Below the pieces are notes generated by a model. The model searched no databases. It saw nothing but the letters and a program-made list of their open reading frames with translations, and was not told the origin of the DNA. A DNA stretch of 64,000 nucleotides from a virus: positions 1-64,000 of the IMG/VR virus record IMGVR_UViG_3300028654_000014, one strand, 5' to 3'. The translations under genes and the position numbers were made by a program. Positions 47,618-58,980 of this stretch are shown here, piece after piece; position 1 is the stretch's first letter; every line of letters begins with the position of its first letter.

Positions 47618-50600
47618 TTAACGATAAGCCCTTGAACTTTGACCAATTTCACCTGTCAAAGTAATTCCAAAAAGAGAATATTTTTCTCTAGCAATTGAAT
47701 GAGTAAATTGACAATTTAAATATCTACATCTTTGAACATCTCTAGGAATATAAGTTCTTGATGGAGCAGAATTTGATGCCCCACCAAAAAATCCATAACC
47801 AAATCCTGTTGGACCTGGAACTCCATGAACTGAAGCAGGAATTCCTGTATAACCAAATATACCATTACCTGTACCAAGTACTGGAACATCAATAAAAGAT
47901 GGTAATAGATCACTAGAAAAACTTAAAGTTGCAGAAGTAAAAGCTTTATTTTCAAACATTGTTGTTGCTTCACGAACATGTTTTAAATTTAATGGATCAC
48001 CAAAAGTTTGAGGTGCCCATTGAATATTTGATTTAATAGATTTAAAAATAGTCAAAGGACCAATAAGAAAATCTAATTTGTTGTTTAAAGTAACTCTTTT
48101 ATTTGAAATATTAACCTTTGTAATAATAGCTTCTTGTAAAGTATTATTTACTATTTGTTGATAATTATTAAAAGCAGTACCAGTATCATTATTTAAAGTT
48201 AAAATCATTCCATTGTAAGAAGATTCAATATCTGCAAAATCATTGTTATTTACAGTTAAACTTCCAGTAGTACCTGCAACTTGTACTGATACTGGAATAG
48301 TAAATGTATTAGAAGTAAGAACAGTTACAGGATAAGTTCCATCAATATTAGGAACAGAATCACTACCACTAATTGTAATTATTCTTCCACTTGTTAAGTT
48401 ATGAGCACCAAATGTTGTAATTACAGTAGGATCACTAGCAGAAATACCAGTAATAACTACTACAGAATTATTAGATTCATAAACAGTATAACTTGAACCA
48501 GGATCAGCTCCAGGTTGAGCTAATCTTCCAGCATCTGTAGCAATTTTAGCCAATAATAAATCTAATTGATTTCTAGCATTTCCACCAGGAAGTAATTGTA
48601 GAGTAGAAAAATAATTCCTATCAGTTAAAAATACATCACTATCTAATTTAGTTAATAAAGTATTAAATTGAAAGATAGAAATAGTTTGATCTTGAGTTAA
48701 AACATCACCTACTGCAAAATCAGCAATATTACTAAATAATATTTGATCACCAAAATAATCACCAGCAACTAAATTTTGTGTTAATTCACGATCAGCATAA
48801 TCATAACGATCAAAATCTTTTCTTTCTTGTTCTAAGAAATCAGTATCACCAGCTCCTAAATATTGTCTATCATTAAATGAATTAATAACACCACAAGTAT
48901 CAGTTTTATCAAAAGTTGTCCATGTATTAGTTAAAGTACTAAATCTATAACCAATAGTAGCTAAAAGATCAGTTGTCTCTTGAACTGTATAAACTGTATA
49001 TGAATTATCAGATTCATAACCAATTCCCCAAGTAGCTGATTTAAAATTTGTATATTGTTCTGTTGCAAGTTTTAAAATATCAATATCAATTGGACGAGAA
49101 ACAATATTAACACCAGATTCAGAAGTTGAAGTAATACCCTGAGTAGTCCATCCATAAATTAAATTATTAGATACATCTAAAGAATCAGGAGCCAATAAAA
49201 TACAGCTACTATCAAATAAAGCAAGATTAAAAGGAGCAGTTTCTCCACTGATTCTAAATAATCCATCTTCTTTATAAACAAATAGACTATCTCTTAAAGG
49301 AAATATTCTAAGAATTGCTTTATCTTTTGCACCAACATCAATTGTATTTACTAATGGTACAGCATCAGGTTGTAATATTTTAGAAAAATATATTCTATTA
49401 GGTAATACTTCATTATCAGAAGTTACAGCAGTTGTAATATTTATCAAAGCACCTCTAGTTCCAGCAACCGTTACATTTACAGGAATAGAGAAAGATGTAG
49501 GACTTATATATGAAATAGTCCAAACTCCATTAACTGAAGGAGTTGAATTAGAATTAGTGATCATTACTTGATTTTGATTAATAAGTCCATGAGGAGTTGA
49601 AGTTGTAATTACAGTAGGATTAGCAATTGAAATTGAACTTATTTGAATAGTAGGACTAATATCGGGATTAAAAGACAATCCTGTTTGAGAATTATTTCCA
49701 ACAATAAAAAAGGGACTATTAGTTAAAGATCTAGCTTCAAATAATATTTGACCAGGAACACCTGTAGGACCTGAAAGATAATAAGCATAAATAGGAGAAT
49801 TAGGATCTCTATTAATAATATCAATTAAGCTTCTAGCAGTTTGATCAACAGCTTGTGCAGGACTTATAACATTTGATAATAGTATTTGATTTAAAGAAGG
49901 ATCAGCTCCAACTCCAGGAGTTAAAACGCTTGAAGTAAATCCAGAAGTACCATTAGTAGGAGCAGCAGCACTTCCTTCATTGATATTAGTAACTGTAATA
50001 TGATTTGTAGAAAATACTGAAGTAAAATCTTGAACAATTGTATTAATAACATTACTTGTTTTTATAGCAACAGTATTAGCCGAATCATTTGTTACAAGAT
50101 CAACTAATACTCCAGTTTTATTAGCTACAAGAGGATCAGTTCCAACTCCATTAACTTTATACCAAATATAATAAGAAGTTGTATCATTAGCATCATTGAT
50201 TGTAAAATATTTCCCAGCTAAATTACCTGAAACATCTGCTACTGTATTAATTTGAACAATTTGTGCAACTCCAAGAACGAAAGTATATGTAGTTGTAGTA
50301 GTGCCATCAGACAATGTAATTGTTGGAATTGTACCTGCATTAATTTCAGCAATCATTTGTTCTACACCTAATAAACTAATATCTAATCTTTGACGAGTAC
50401 GAGTATTAGCATAAAACATGACATTCTTAAAATTGTTAATATCTAATGCAAATGGAGGTAAATCATTTGCTTGTAAAATACCTTCACCAGTTGTAGCATT
50501 TGTATATAGAAAAGCTCCAGCAAATGCTTGAGGAGTAACATCAAGAACTGTAATAAAACCATTTATTATATCTTGAGCTGTAGGAAATCCTTCAAATACT

Positions 50601-52570
50601 AATTTTAATTCATCACTAGGAGCTATATCTGTAGCTAAAACTTGAGTTTGAGAAGCAGTAACAATATCTGATCTATAAATTTGATAAAAATCATTAACAG
50701 TTACACCAGCTGGAATTGTAAAAGTTAATAAAACATTAGCACTATTAGTCAATTGAATTGTTGATAAGAAATTAGTTTGAGAGTTTGAACTAATAGTAGG
50801 AGGTGTACCAGTTGAAGTTTCTGATTGTAATCGAGTTATAATAGCTAATAAATAATTTTGTAAAGCTAATAATTGAGCATCAGTTGTTGGAATTGAAGGA
50901 ACAGCAGGTTGAGCAATAATTTCATATTCATAACTATGAATTGTAGCGTTACTAAATGAAACAGGACCACCAGCAGTTGTATTAAAATTAATTGCTGCGT
51001 CGAAATTTAAAGTAGCACCAGTTGTATTAGAAATAGCATTTTGACTAAGAGTTATTGTATTAATTCCTACAGCTGTTACATAAGTTCCAGCAGCAATATG
51101 TCCAGGACTAGTAACAATTACACCAACATTAATACCAGAAGTACTTGCAACACTTGTAATTATATTAGAATCAGTACCTTGAGTTATAGAAACAATACTA
51201 AACCCTGTAGTACCCATAGTAGCATCAGTAGTAGCACCAATAGATGTATTTGTAATAACAACATTATTAGTTGAACCTGAAGTTATAAAATCAGCATTAA
51301 ATCCATTTAAAGCTTGTCTAATATTAGCAGCAACGGTATTTGCTGAATCATTTGCAGAAATATTTACTCTAATACCTGTTTTACCAGAAACATTTGGATC
51401 AGTTCCAGTATTATCAGAATTTAACCAAACATAATATTGAGTTGCATCATTAGCACTATTAATTAAGAAATATGAACTATTAAGACTTGAATTAATATCA
51501 GCAATAGTAGTTAAAGAAGTACTTTCAGCAACACCTAATGTTGTATTACCAGTTGTTGTAAATGTAGGAACTAATGTTGAAACAACTTCATTAGCAACAC
51601 CAGTTGTAGGATTAATAAAACTACCAGTAGTAGGAGTAAAATTATTTAATAATATATTACTACCAGATACAAAGTAATTAGCTGGATTTCCAGAAGAGAA
51701 ACTAATTGTTCCAATTCCAGAATTAATTGAAGCTCCACCAATTTGTAAAGGAGCAACAGAAACTTGATCAGCATATAAAATAGATTGATCTAATTTTGCA
51801 GCTAAAGCGATTAGATTTGCTTGTAATTCTTGAGCAGAAGCCGAAGGTCCTAAATTTAAAGAAGAAAAGAAATTAAGAGCTGTTATAAGACTAGGATTAG
51901 AAACGTTAGCACTAATATTATTTAATTGATTTAGAATATTATTAAAATCCATTAATACCATTGTTGATAATGGATTAAATACAACAACTCTAGCAGTAGG
52001 AGATCCTAAAACTAAATTTCCATTAGCATCAGTATAACCCCAAACTTGTCTATAAGCTACAGCACTATCTGGAGGTAAAAATCCTGATTGTAATCCTAAA
52101 GAGAAATCCAACACAGCTGATAAATCTAAAGCTTTAATTCCACCAGCGGGAGTTATATAAGGACAAGCTGTTGTAAAATCAGCAGCAGTTTTAGCTGAAA
52201 TCTTTTCAATACCATTAGAAGTTGTAAAGTAAAAATTACCATTAGCTTCTTTAAATCTTATTCTACGACCAACTTCAGGTTCTAAATAAGTTCCACAAAA
52301 ACTTAAAAATTTACCAGCACCATCACTATCATATTGTAATTGATTTGAGAAGTGTCTTAAAATTCTATTTTTATATGTCATTAATTGTTTTGCACGATCA
52401 GAAGATGAACCCATAGCATTACCATATAAAGGATAACCTCTACGTGGCTCAATAACGCCATCACGCTTAATAATGACATTACTAGCTACTGCTAGACTTC
52501 CAGGAGGAAGATCTAATTGATTAGGCTGGACATTTAATCCAGCTGCTTTTAATGTGATTGATGCTGACAT
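47618..52570 (-). CDS. large tail tubular B/nozzle-like structural protein with inserted beta-rich repeats
   Basis: GLNVQPN.L..P.GSL..ASNV...DG.IEPRRG start, NRIYFSK..QPDAVP; FCCH-like repeats. Confidence 0.6.
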   Translation of the reverse strand: MSASITLKAAGLNVQPNQLDLPPGSLAVASNVIIKRDGVIEPRRGYPLYGNAMGSSSDRAKQLMTYKNRILRHFSNQLQYDSDGAGKFLSFCGTYLEPEVGRRIRFKEANGNFYFTTSNGIEKISAKTAADFTTACPYITPAGGIKALDLSAVLDFSLGLQSGFLPPDSAVAYRQVWGYTDANGNLVLGSPTARVVVFNPLSTMVLMDFNNILNQLNNISANVSNPSLITALNFFSSLNLGPSASAQELQANLIALAAKLDQSILYADQVSVAPLQIGGASINSGIGTISFSSGNPANYFVSGSNILLNNFTPTTGSFINPTTGVANEVVSTLVPTFTTTGNTTLGVAESTSLTTIADINSSLNSSYFLINSANDATQYYVWLNSDNTGTDPNVSGKTGIRVNISANDSANTVAANIRQALNGFNADFITSGSTNNVVITNTSIGATTDATMGTTGFSIVSITQGTDSNIITSVASTSGINVGVIVTSPGHIAAGTYVTAVGINTITLSQNAISNTTGATLNFDAAINFNTTAGGPVSFSNATIHSYEYEIIAQPAVPSIPTTDAQLLALQNYLLAIITRLQSETSTGTPPTISSNSQTNFLSTIQLTNSANVLLTFTIPAGVTVNDFYQIYRSDIVTASQTQVLATDIAPSDELKLVFEGFPTAQDIINGFITVLDVTPQAFAGAFLYTNATTGEGILQANDLPPFALDINNFKNVMFYANTRTRQRLDISLLGVEQMIAEINAGTIPTITLSDGTTTTTYTFVLGVAQIVQINTVADVSGNLAGKYFTINDANDTTSYYIWYKVNGVGTDPLVANKTGVLVDLVTNDSANTVAIKTSNVINTIVQDFTSVFSTNHITVTNINEGSAAAPTNGTSGFTSSVLTPGVGADPSLNQILLSNVISPAQAVDQTARSLIDIINRDPNSPIYAYYLSGPTGVPGQILFEARSLTNSPFFIVGNNSQTGLSFNPDISPTIQISSISIANPTVITTSTPHGLINQNQVMITNSNSTPSVNGVWTISYISPTSFSIPVNVTVAGTRGALINITTAVTSDNEVLPNRIYFSKILQPDAVPLVNTIDVGAKDKAILRIFPLRDSLFVYKEDGLFRISGETAPFNLALFDSSCILLAPDSLDVSNNLIYGWTTQGITSTSESGVNIVSRPIDIDILKLATEQYTNFKSATWGIGYESDNSYTVYTVQETTDLLATIGYRFSTLTNTWTTFDKTDTCGVINSFNDRQYLGAGDTDFLEQERKDFDRYDYADRELTQNLVAGDYFGDQILFSNIADFAVGDVLTQDQTISIFQFNTLLTKLDSDVFLTDRNYFSTLQLLPGGNARNQLDLLLAKIATDAGRLAQPGADPGSSYTVYESNNSVVVITGISASDPTVITTFGAHNLTSGRIITISGSDSVPNIDGTYPVTVLTSNTFTIPVSVQVAGTTGSLTVNNNDFADIESSYNGMILTLNNDTGTAFNNYQQIVNNTLQEAIITKVNISNKRVTLNNKLDFLIGPLTIFKSIKSNIQWAPQTFGDPLNLKHVREATTMFENKAFTSATLSFSSDLLPSFIDVPVLGTGNGIFGYTGIPASVHGVPGPTGFGYGFFGGASNSAPSRTYIPRDVQRCRYLNCQFTHSIAREKYSLFGITLTGEIGQSSRAYR

Positions 52571-52576
52571 TATTTA

Positions 52577-54121
52577 TTATGTTCTCCTGGTAGTTCCGAG
52601 TTTTCCATACCTAAGTAAAGAATGTCGGTTATTAACTTTTTGAGGAGTTCCTTCTGAACGATTATCTAAAAGATTACCTTGACGTTGTTCAATTTCTGCA
52701 ATTTTTGCATTAGAAGTTGCCAAACCTGCTTGATCTCCAATTGCTGCCAATATTCTAGCAGCTGTTCTTTCAGCTAAACCATTATGTAAATCAGGAGGAA
52801 TTTGAGGAATGATAGCTTCATTTGCTAAACAAATATAATCATTAGGTTTAATATCTGCTAATATAAACTGTATAGGATTAGAATGAATATCTTTTGTTAT
52901 TCCATTATTAATAGTTCCAGTAGGAACAAGTAATTGTTTTTGTTGAAATGTAATAGTAGTTCCACTAATTCCAGTTGGACTTATTAAAACATCATATTTA
53001 TAAATTCTATGACCTGGTTCTGTTTGTAGAAAATCTATTAATGTATTAGGTTGAAATAAAGGTTCTGTAATATTAGTTTCATTATCAGTATAAACACTTG
53101 GTAATGAATCAAATACAATACCTATAGTATGTTGAGGAATCATAAATGCTATAGTATTACTAGTTATAATAGGCATTCTAATATTAAGAAAGAAAGGTAT
53201 TACTAAATTTAGAGAATTAGTTGAAGTTGTATAATCAATAGCAGTTGCATTAATAGATGCCGATAAATTTGCAGCAGTTAAAGCATCACTTACAGCAATT
53301 TGAAATTGATTAGTTGATGTAAATGTTCCAGTTGAACCTGATGTTGCTATTTGAAAAGGAATAGTAAAATTATTAGGATCAAGAACAGTTACACAATAAG
53401 TTCCATCAATAATTGGATTTGAGTTACTTCCGGTAATAGTTACAAATTGACCAGTAGATAATTGATGATTAGCTGAAGCAATTTGAGTTGCAGTAGATGA
53501 TAAAGCAGTAATCGAACTAATTGAACCACCTAAAGTATTAACAGCAGTATAAATTGTTTTTCCTAAAGTAATTGTATCTAAAGGAACAATTAAACTGTTA
53601 TTAATTCTAATAGGTTGATTAAAACCTTGAACAATCGCAGCACGATCATTTTTTACTAACTGATTAGGACGAAGATAAAATACAAATACTAAAGATCCTG
53701 TAGGAGAATCTACAACACCAGGAGTTAATACTACATCATTACCTTCAATATAAAATTTATGAATAGCTTGATTAGATCCGATATTTGCTTGAAAAAAAGC
53801 TTTATCATGTTCTTCAATTCGAGTCATTTCGAAAAGATTGCCGTTTTGATCCATCCAAAATAAATCACGAAGTTTCATTCCTGTTGCGCGTCCAGGAATT
53901 GGATACTTACTTAAATTAGTTTTTAATGGAGTAGTAACATAATTTACAAAATACTCTTCATGAAATTGAAGAATAGTAGGTACCTGCGAAATGAACATTT
54001 CTTCATTCGCAAAAGCTAAAATATCAAGATTGGTAAAAGTGTTTTGACTTATTGGAAACGCAATTTTACGTTTAACACTATCAATAATGTCATAACTCGT
54101 ATACCATGGTTTTATAGACAT
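52577..54121 (-). CDS. tail tubular A/head-tail adaptor-like protein
   Basis: Helical N-terminus IIDSVKR...DILAFANEE, C-terminal PQIPPDLH; position. Confidence 0.55.
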   Translation of the reverse strand: MSIKPWYTSYDIIDSVKRKIAFPISQNTFTNLDILAFANEEMFISQVPTILQFHEEYFVNYVTTPLKTNLSKYPIPGRATGMKLRDLFWMDQNGNLFEMTRIEEHDKAFFQANIGSNQAIHKFYIEGNDVVLTPGVVDSPTGSLVFVFYLRPNQLVKNDRAAIVQGFNQPIRINNSLIVPLDTITLGKTIYTAVNTLGGSISSITALSSTATQIASANHQLSTGQFVTITGSNSNPIIDGTYCVTVLDPNNFTIPFQIATSGSTGTFTSTNQFQIAVSDALTAANLSASINATAIDYTTSTNSLNLVIPFFLNIRMPIITSNTIAFMIPQHTIGIVFDSLPSVYTDNETNITEPLFQPNTLIDFLQTEPGHRIYKYDVLISPTGISGTTITFQQKQLLVPTGTINNGITKDIHSNPIQFILADIKPNDYICLANEAIIPQIPPDLHNGLAERTAARILAAIGDQAGLATSNAKIAEIEQRQGNLLDNRSEGTPQKVNNRHSLLRYGKLGTTRRT

Positions 54122-54157
54122 CGAATCCTCCTAAAGTTATTAAAAAACGAAGTAACT

Positions 54158-54703
54158 TTATTTGGATGATAGCTTCTTATGAAGTTCCATTAGATGATCG
54201 ATTCTTTTTTGAATCTCATCAATGTCAAGTCCTTCTAAATTTTCATGATCTTCTTCTGATTCTTCTTCAGAAGATTCTTCGCCTTCATGTTCAGGAGATT
54301 CTTCATCTTCTTGAGCAGGAGAACCTTCATCAGCAGCTTCATAATCGCCTTGATCGGGAGATTCTTCAACTTCCCCACCTTCAGCCATACCCATTTCATT
54401 TCCACCATGCTCATGTTCGTGTTCTTGTTCAGCATGTTTGAAATCAGAATATGGAGCTTCAGCATCTTGTTGCATTTGCTGTTCTTCAGGATCATTTAAA
54501 ATTCCTTTAGCTTTATCAAGACCATGTTGCAGACCTTGTTTGCTATTGGACATAACGGATACTTTTCCAAGACCGTCTAATTTATCACCCATCATGCCTG
54601 AAACAGAATCTTTTAGATCCTTAACAACAGACATTTTAGCGTGTTTTTCATTTGGCGAAAGATCTCTCTTTTTAGCCAACATTTTCATCATTTTATCGCG
54701 CAT
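54158..54703 (-). CDS. acidic low-complexity late protein
   Basis: GGAGG SD; MAEGGEV motif. Confidence 0.7.
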   Translation of the reverse strand: MRDKMMKMLAKKRDLSPNEKHAKMSVVKDLKDSVSGMMGDKLDGLGKVSVMSNSKQGLQHGLDKAKGILNDPEEQQMQQDAEAPYSDFKHAEQEHEHEHGGNEMGMAEGGEVEESPDQGDYEAADEGSPAQEDEESPEHEGEESSEEESEEDHENLEGLDIDEIQKRIDHLMELHKKLSSK

Positions 54704-54722
54704 AAATTACCTTTCCTATCTC

Positions 54723-54956
54723 TTATAAATGATTGTAAGTTACTTGAGTTGAATCAGAACCACTTGTAGAAACAGATGGATCTGTATCACGAACAGTAAC
54801 TTGAACAATACCAGCTTTCAAACCACCTTCAATAGCTGTCAAAACATTAATATTCTTATTAATTGCTTCGTCAACTTTTGTAGGTACTTGAACTTCTGCA
54901 TTTAACTGATCAATGGAATCATTGGGACAGTTAATCACTAAAACTAAAAATGCCAT
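54723..54956 (-). CDS. hypothetical late protein
   Basis: AAGGAG SD. Confidence 0.65.
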   Translation of the reverse strand: MAFLVLVINCPNDSIDQLNAEVQVPTKVDEAINKNINVLTAIEGGLKAGIVQVTVRDTDPSVSTSGSDSTQVTYNHL

Positions 54957-54966
54957 ATTTTCTCCT

Positions 54967-55437
54967 TTACTTTTTCAGTAAGTTAATTATTAATAAAGCT
55001 ACAATGCTCACGGCTTGCAAAATAGCAGCAAATTTCAATATAAATGGATAATCTCTATCTTTTAAAACTTCTATTGTTTTTATTTCTTGAACAACAATAG
55101 GTTTTTCATATTCAATTATCTTTGGTACTTCGATATATTTTATTACTTCAATTGTTCTATATTCGATTTCTTTTACAATAACTTGTTTTTCAATTTCTCT
55201 AATTTCAATTTGAGGTATAAATACATTCTTTTCAATGATTTGTATATTAGATTCTTTTTGATCTATTTTAATATTCTTTAAACCATCTTTAATTGAATTA
55301 GTTATTTGATCTGTATCAACTGTAATTCTAATATTATCACCCCCAACTAATACTACCCTATCAGCATCTAAATTGTCATCAAACTTGCGTTTGTGAATTT
55401 GATCGGTATCGAGTTGAGTTAAATTATTGTTTTTCAT
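54967..55437 (-). CDS. hypothetical protein with (V/I)-x-K-E repeats and C-terminal TM
   Basis: IEK/VKEIE repeats. Confidence 0.65.
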   Translation of the reverse strand: MKNNNLTQLDTDQIHKRKFDDNLDADRVVLVGGDNIRITVDTDQITNSIKDGLKNIKIDQKESNIQIIEKNVFIPQIEIREIEKQVIVKEIEYRTIEVIKYIEVPKIIEYEKPIVVQEIKTIEVLKDRDYPFILKFAAILQAVSIVALLIINLLKK

Positions 55438-55440
55438 AAG

Positions 55441-55452
55441 TATAGTTGTTAA
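55441..55452 (-). promoter_or_regulatory. candidate late promoter motif TTAACAACTATA
   Basis: 3 nt upstream of ATG 55437. Confidence 0.6.
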
Positions 55453-55458
55453 TATCCT

Positions 55459-58400
55459 TTATTTAAGTTGTTTTACTATCCAAGTTATACTTGGTGAATT
55501 TGATAGATTTTCTATACTTAAAGTTCCACCTGTAACTTGTCCTTGAATACTTATTGTAGCAGCTGAACCCGAACTAAATGCATATATTCCAGTAAGTGTA
55601 ATAGGAGAACTTTGACTAATTGCTCCAATAATTGCAGCAGAAGAAAAATTAATTGTTCCATCTGTTAAAAAGAAACTACCTTGTGCAGCACTTTGATCTC
55701 CAAAAAATATAGCTGTTATTTCATAAACAGAACTAGAAGATGCTGGAGTTATAGAAAGACCAGCAACATTACTAGATGCAGCACTTACTGTTATTCCATC
55801 ACTAAATATTGTAGTTAAAGTATTATTTCCAGAATTTGTTAAAGCTGCTTGAGATGTACTTGAAGTTGACCATGATGTTGTATTTAGCATACTACCACTA
55901 TAATAATTTACTGAAGCAACAGATGATGGTGTTCCCCAAGTTGGAGCAGAAGTACCATTTGAAATTGGAACTTGACCAGTAGTACCAGCTCCCATATTTA
56001 CAAATTTAGTACCATCAGAATAAAACATTCCACCGGCTGTAACAGAAAGTGAACCATTATTAGTACCACCATTTGCAATTGGTAATACGTTTGATACTTG
56101 AGAAGTTAAATTAACTGAAACACTTGTTAATTGAGAAAATGGTAAACTTAAAGCACTTAAAGTTGTTATAGTAGAATTAGATGAAGCTGTAATATTTGAA
56201 GCTGTACCAGTTGTAGATTGATTTAAAGTTGGAATATCACCAGCTACAATTGCTCCCCATGCTGGAGCAGCAGAAATAGATCCTGTTCCTGTTTGTGTTA
56301 AAAATTGTTTTGTTGAAGTAATATTACCAGCTAATCTTGCAGCAACAGGAGTTGCATTTTCATAAATTATATCACCCAATGTAGTCATTGGATTTGAAAA
56401 ACCAGCAGGAGGAGCAGCAAAAGTTCCATCGGCTCTTAAGAAATTACTTGTTCCACCACCAGAAGCTGGAACCAAACCTTGAAGAGTAGATGTAAATAAA
56501 TTTAAATCAGCAGTTAATTGAGTTGAAGTTACATCTATAGCATTTGCAGTAGAACCTGTATTATTACCTTTATATGTATGAGCTGCCATTTGGGAAAGAT
56601 TAGAATTGGTAACAACATTTGTTCCTGAAACAGTTCCAGCACTACCACTAGCATTTCCTGTTAAATTTGCAGTAACAGTTGTAGCTGATATAGAACCGTT
56701 GACTTGTAAAAAATCTGTTCCATTATCTGTAGTTGTATTTATTAAAACATGACCAGAAGTAGTAACTCTTACTCTTTCAGTACGAGTTGTAGATCCTGTT
56801 GGAGTTGAATTAAGTGTTAAATAAGCACCTTGAGCCGAATCAGTCCAATTTTCACCAGCAAGAAATCCAACACTTGCTTTTACATTTGAACCAAAAGCAG
56901 TAGCTCCATATCCAAGACCGCCAACAAAACCTAAACTATCATTTGATTGAACAGCAGTTGGACTTCCAGAAGTTCCTCTTGCACGTCTTATTTTAAGACC
57001 AGCATTACCAGCATTATCATAATTTGTTAATTGTAAATTTTGAGTTGTTGCAGAACTTTGAGCTTGTAAATCTAAAATAGAATTTGCTGCTGGAGCTACT
57101 CCAACACCTAAAGCTTTATTTGTTGCATCAACTATTAAAGCGTTTGTATTTACAGTAAAAGCTGTAGTAGAAGTAGAAGATACTGCTAAATCACCACTAA
57201 AAGTTTTAGCCCCAGCAATTGTTTGAGTTGTTGTAGAAATTCCACCAGGATGTGTTGAATCTGCTGGTTGAAGATTTAATACTTGTCCAGAAATACTTAA
57301 ACCATTAGCATTAGGAGTTGATCCAAAAGCTGCTAAAGTAACATCACCACTATTTGTACCAGAAGAAGATCCAGAAATATTAGTAGCTGAAATTGTTCCT
57401 GCTAAAGTAGCATTACCTTGATAAGTAACTGCAAAAGCATTAGATCTATGTGTATTATCAGTACCATTACCAATTATAAAAGCATTATCAGTATTAACTA
57501 AACTTCCTGATGTACCTTGAACTACGTTATAACTACCAATAGCAGTTTGTCCATAACCTTGAGCTGTAGTTCCAACATTTGCAGCATGAGCAGCTAAACC
57601 TGAAGTTAAAGTACCAGTACCTTCTGCATGAGAATAAGTAGATCCTGCTGTATTATTTTGACCTTCAACATGACTATAATCACCTGAAGCTGTATTTGTA
57701 GATCCTTCAGAATGTGATGCATAACCAGAAGCATTTGTACTTTCACCTTCTGCATGAGAAATATTTCCAGAAGCTATTGTTCCCGTACCTTCTGCATGAG
57801 AATTTGTATTAGTTGCTTGAGTTGAAGATCCTTCAGCATGAGCAGAAGCAGCAGAAGCTGTTACTGTATCACCAGTAGCTGTAGAATTATCACCAGATGC
57901 TGTTGAATTATTACCGGAAGCAAATGAATTTAAACCTGAAGTAACATTACCAGTTCCAACAGCAACAGTAATTGTAAATGTTTTAGCTCCTGCAAAAGAT
58001 TGTGTAGTAGTTGAAACTCCTCCTGGATTTGTAGCATCAGCAGGTTGAAGAGTTAAAACTTGAGTAGATAATGATGCTCCATTAGAATTAGGAGAACTTC
58101 CAAAAGTTGCTAAAGTTACAGGATTATGAGATCCTTGATTTATAGTAAATCCGCTAGATCCTGGAGTAACTGTTACGATACCAGCAGTATTAGGAGCTTT
58201 AAATATCCAACTATTACGATCAGAAGAAGTTTGAGCATAACCTGTTACTATATTATTTTCTTCAACATTAATACCAGAATTAGAACCACTTCCAACTCCA
58301 GCACCAACATTTAAATTTATAACAGGATTAGATACATTTAAAGTTGTAGTATTTTCAAATATTGTTGTACCTTGAATATTTACAGTCGCGCCAGAATTTC

Positions 58401-58692
58401 CAATATTAATTACTGTAGAATTAACACTTGTACCAATTGCTAATGTTCCAGAAGTTGATCTATCTAAAGAAGCTGTTAAAATTCCACCAGTAACACTTAA
58501 TTTTGTAGTTCCATTATCATATGAAAAATTTGCATTATCTTGATTTAATGAACCAGTAGGATTTACAAATAATACAGATTTATTAGTACCACCAACAACT
58601 GATCCACCAATAGTAGGAGATCCACCTCCACCACCACTGGTACCAGCATTATCAAAGCCACTAAATAATAAAGGATTAAATTTAATCGACAT
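55459..58692 (-). CDS. tail fibre with YadA-head-like repeats
   Basis: 14-aa SHAEG..T.ASG repeats, AFIIGNG, duplicated LQPAD...PGG.STTTQ..AGAKTF segment. Confidence 0.8.
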   Translation of the reverse strand: MSIKFNPLLFSGFDNAGTSGGGGGSPTIGGSVVGGTNKSVLFVNPTGSLNQDNANFSYDNGTTKLSVTGGILTASLDRSTSGTLAIGTSVNSTVINIGNSGATVNIQGTTIFENTTTLNVSNPVINLNVGAGVGSGSNSGINVEENNIVTGYAQTSSDRNSWIFKAPNTAGIVTVTPGSSGFTINQGSHNPVTLATFGSSPNSNGASLSTQVLTLQPADATNPGGVSTTTQSFAGAKTFTITVAVGTGNVTSGLNSFASGNNSTASGDNSTATGDTVTASAASAHAEGSSTQATNTNSHAEGTGTIASGNISHAEGESTNASGYASHSEGSTNTASGDYSHVEGQNNTAGSTYSHAEGTGTLTSGLAAHAANVGTTAQGYGQTAIGSYNVVQGTSGSLVNTDNAFIIGNGTDNTHRSNAFAVTYQGNATLAGTISATNISGSSSGTNSGDVTLAAFGSTPNANGLSISGQVLNLQPADSTHPGGISTTTQTIAGAKTFSGDLAVSSTSTTAFTVNTNALIVDATNKALGVGVAPAANSILDLQAQSSATTQNLQLTNYDNAGNAGLKIRRARGTSGSPTAVQSNDSLGFVGGLGYGATAFGSNVKASVGFLAGENWTDSAQGAYLTLNSTPTGSTTRTERVRVTTSGHVLINTTTDNGTDFLQVNGSISATTVTANLTGNASGSAGTVSGTNVVTNSNLSQMAAHTYKGNNTGSTANAIDVTSTQLTADLNLFTSTLQGLVPASGGGTSNFLRADGTFAAPPAGFSNPMTTLGDIIYENATPVAARLAGNITSTKQFLTQTGTGSISAAPAWGAIVAGDIPTLNQSTTGTASNITASSNSTITTLSALSLPFSQLTSVSVNLTSQVSNVLPIANGGTNNGSLSVTAGGMFYSDGTKFVNMGAGTTGQVPISNGTSAPTWGTPSSVASVNYYSGSMLNTTSWSTSSTSQAALTNSGNNTLTTIFSDGITVSAASSNVAGLSITPASSSSVYEITAIFFGDQSAAQGSFFLTDGTINFSSAAIIGAISQSSPITLTGIYAFSSGSAATISIQGQVTGGTLSIENLSNSPSITWIVKQLK

Positions 58693-58702
58693 TTGTTACC
58701 TT

Positions 58703-58972
58703 TTAATTTGTTCTTTCAGCAGAAATCATTGTATCTCTAGTTCCAGTTGTATATATAATTTTTATAACATACAAATTAGTTCCACTTTCAGAAAAAGTAT
58801 AAGTTTCAGTATCATTTGCAACAGAAGTTGTAGAAATTGCTAATTCAACTTTACGACCAACTTCTCCAGTTAAAAAACCATCAACACCTAAAGTAGCATT
58901 AACATCATTATAAGATCTTTGAATTGTTTGTAAAGGATCTGTATCTGAAAGCGGTTTATTAGTAAGTGACAT
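58703..58972 (-). CDS. hypothetical late protein
   Basis: ORF track. Confidence 0.65.
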   Translation of the reverse strand: MSLTNKPLSDTDPLQTIQRSYNDVNATLGVDGFLTGEVGRKVELAISTTSVANDTETYTFSESGTNLYVIKIIYTTGTRDTMISAERTN

Positions 58973-58980
58973 ATATTTCC

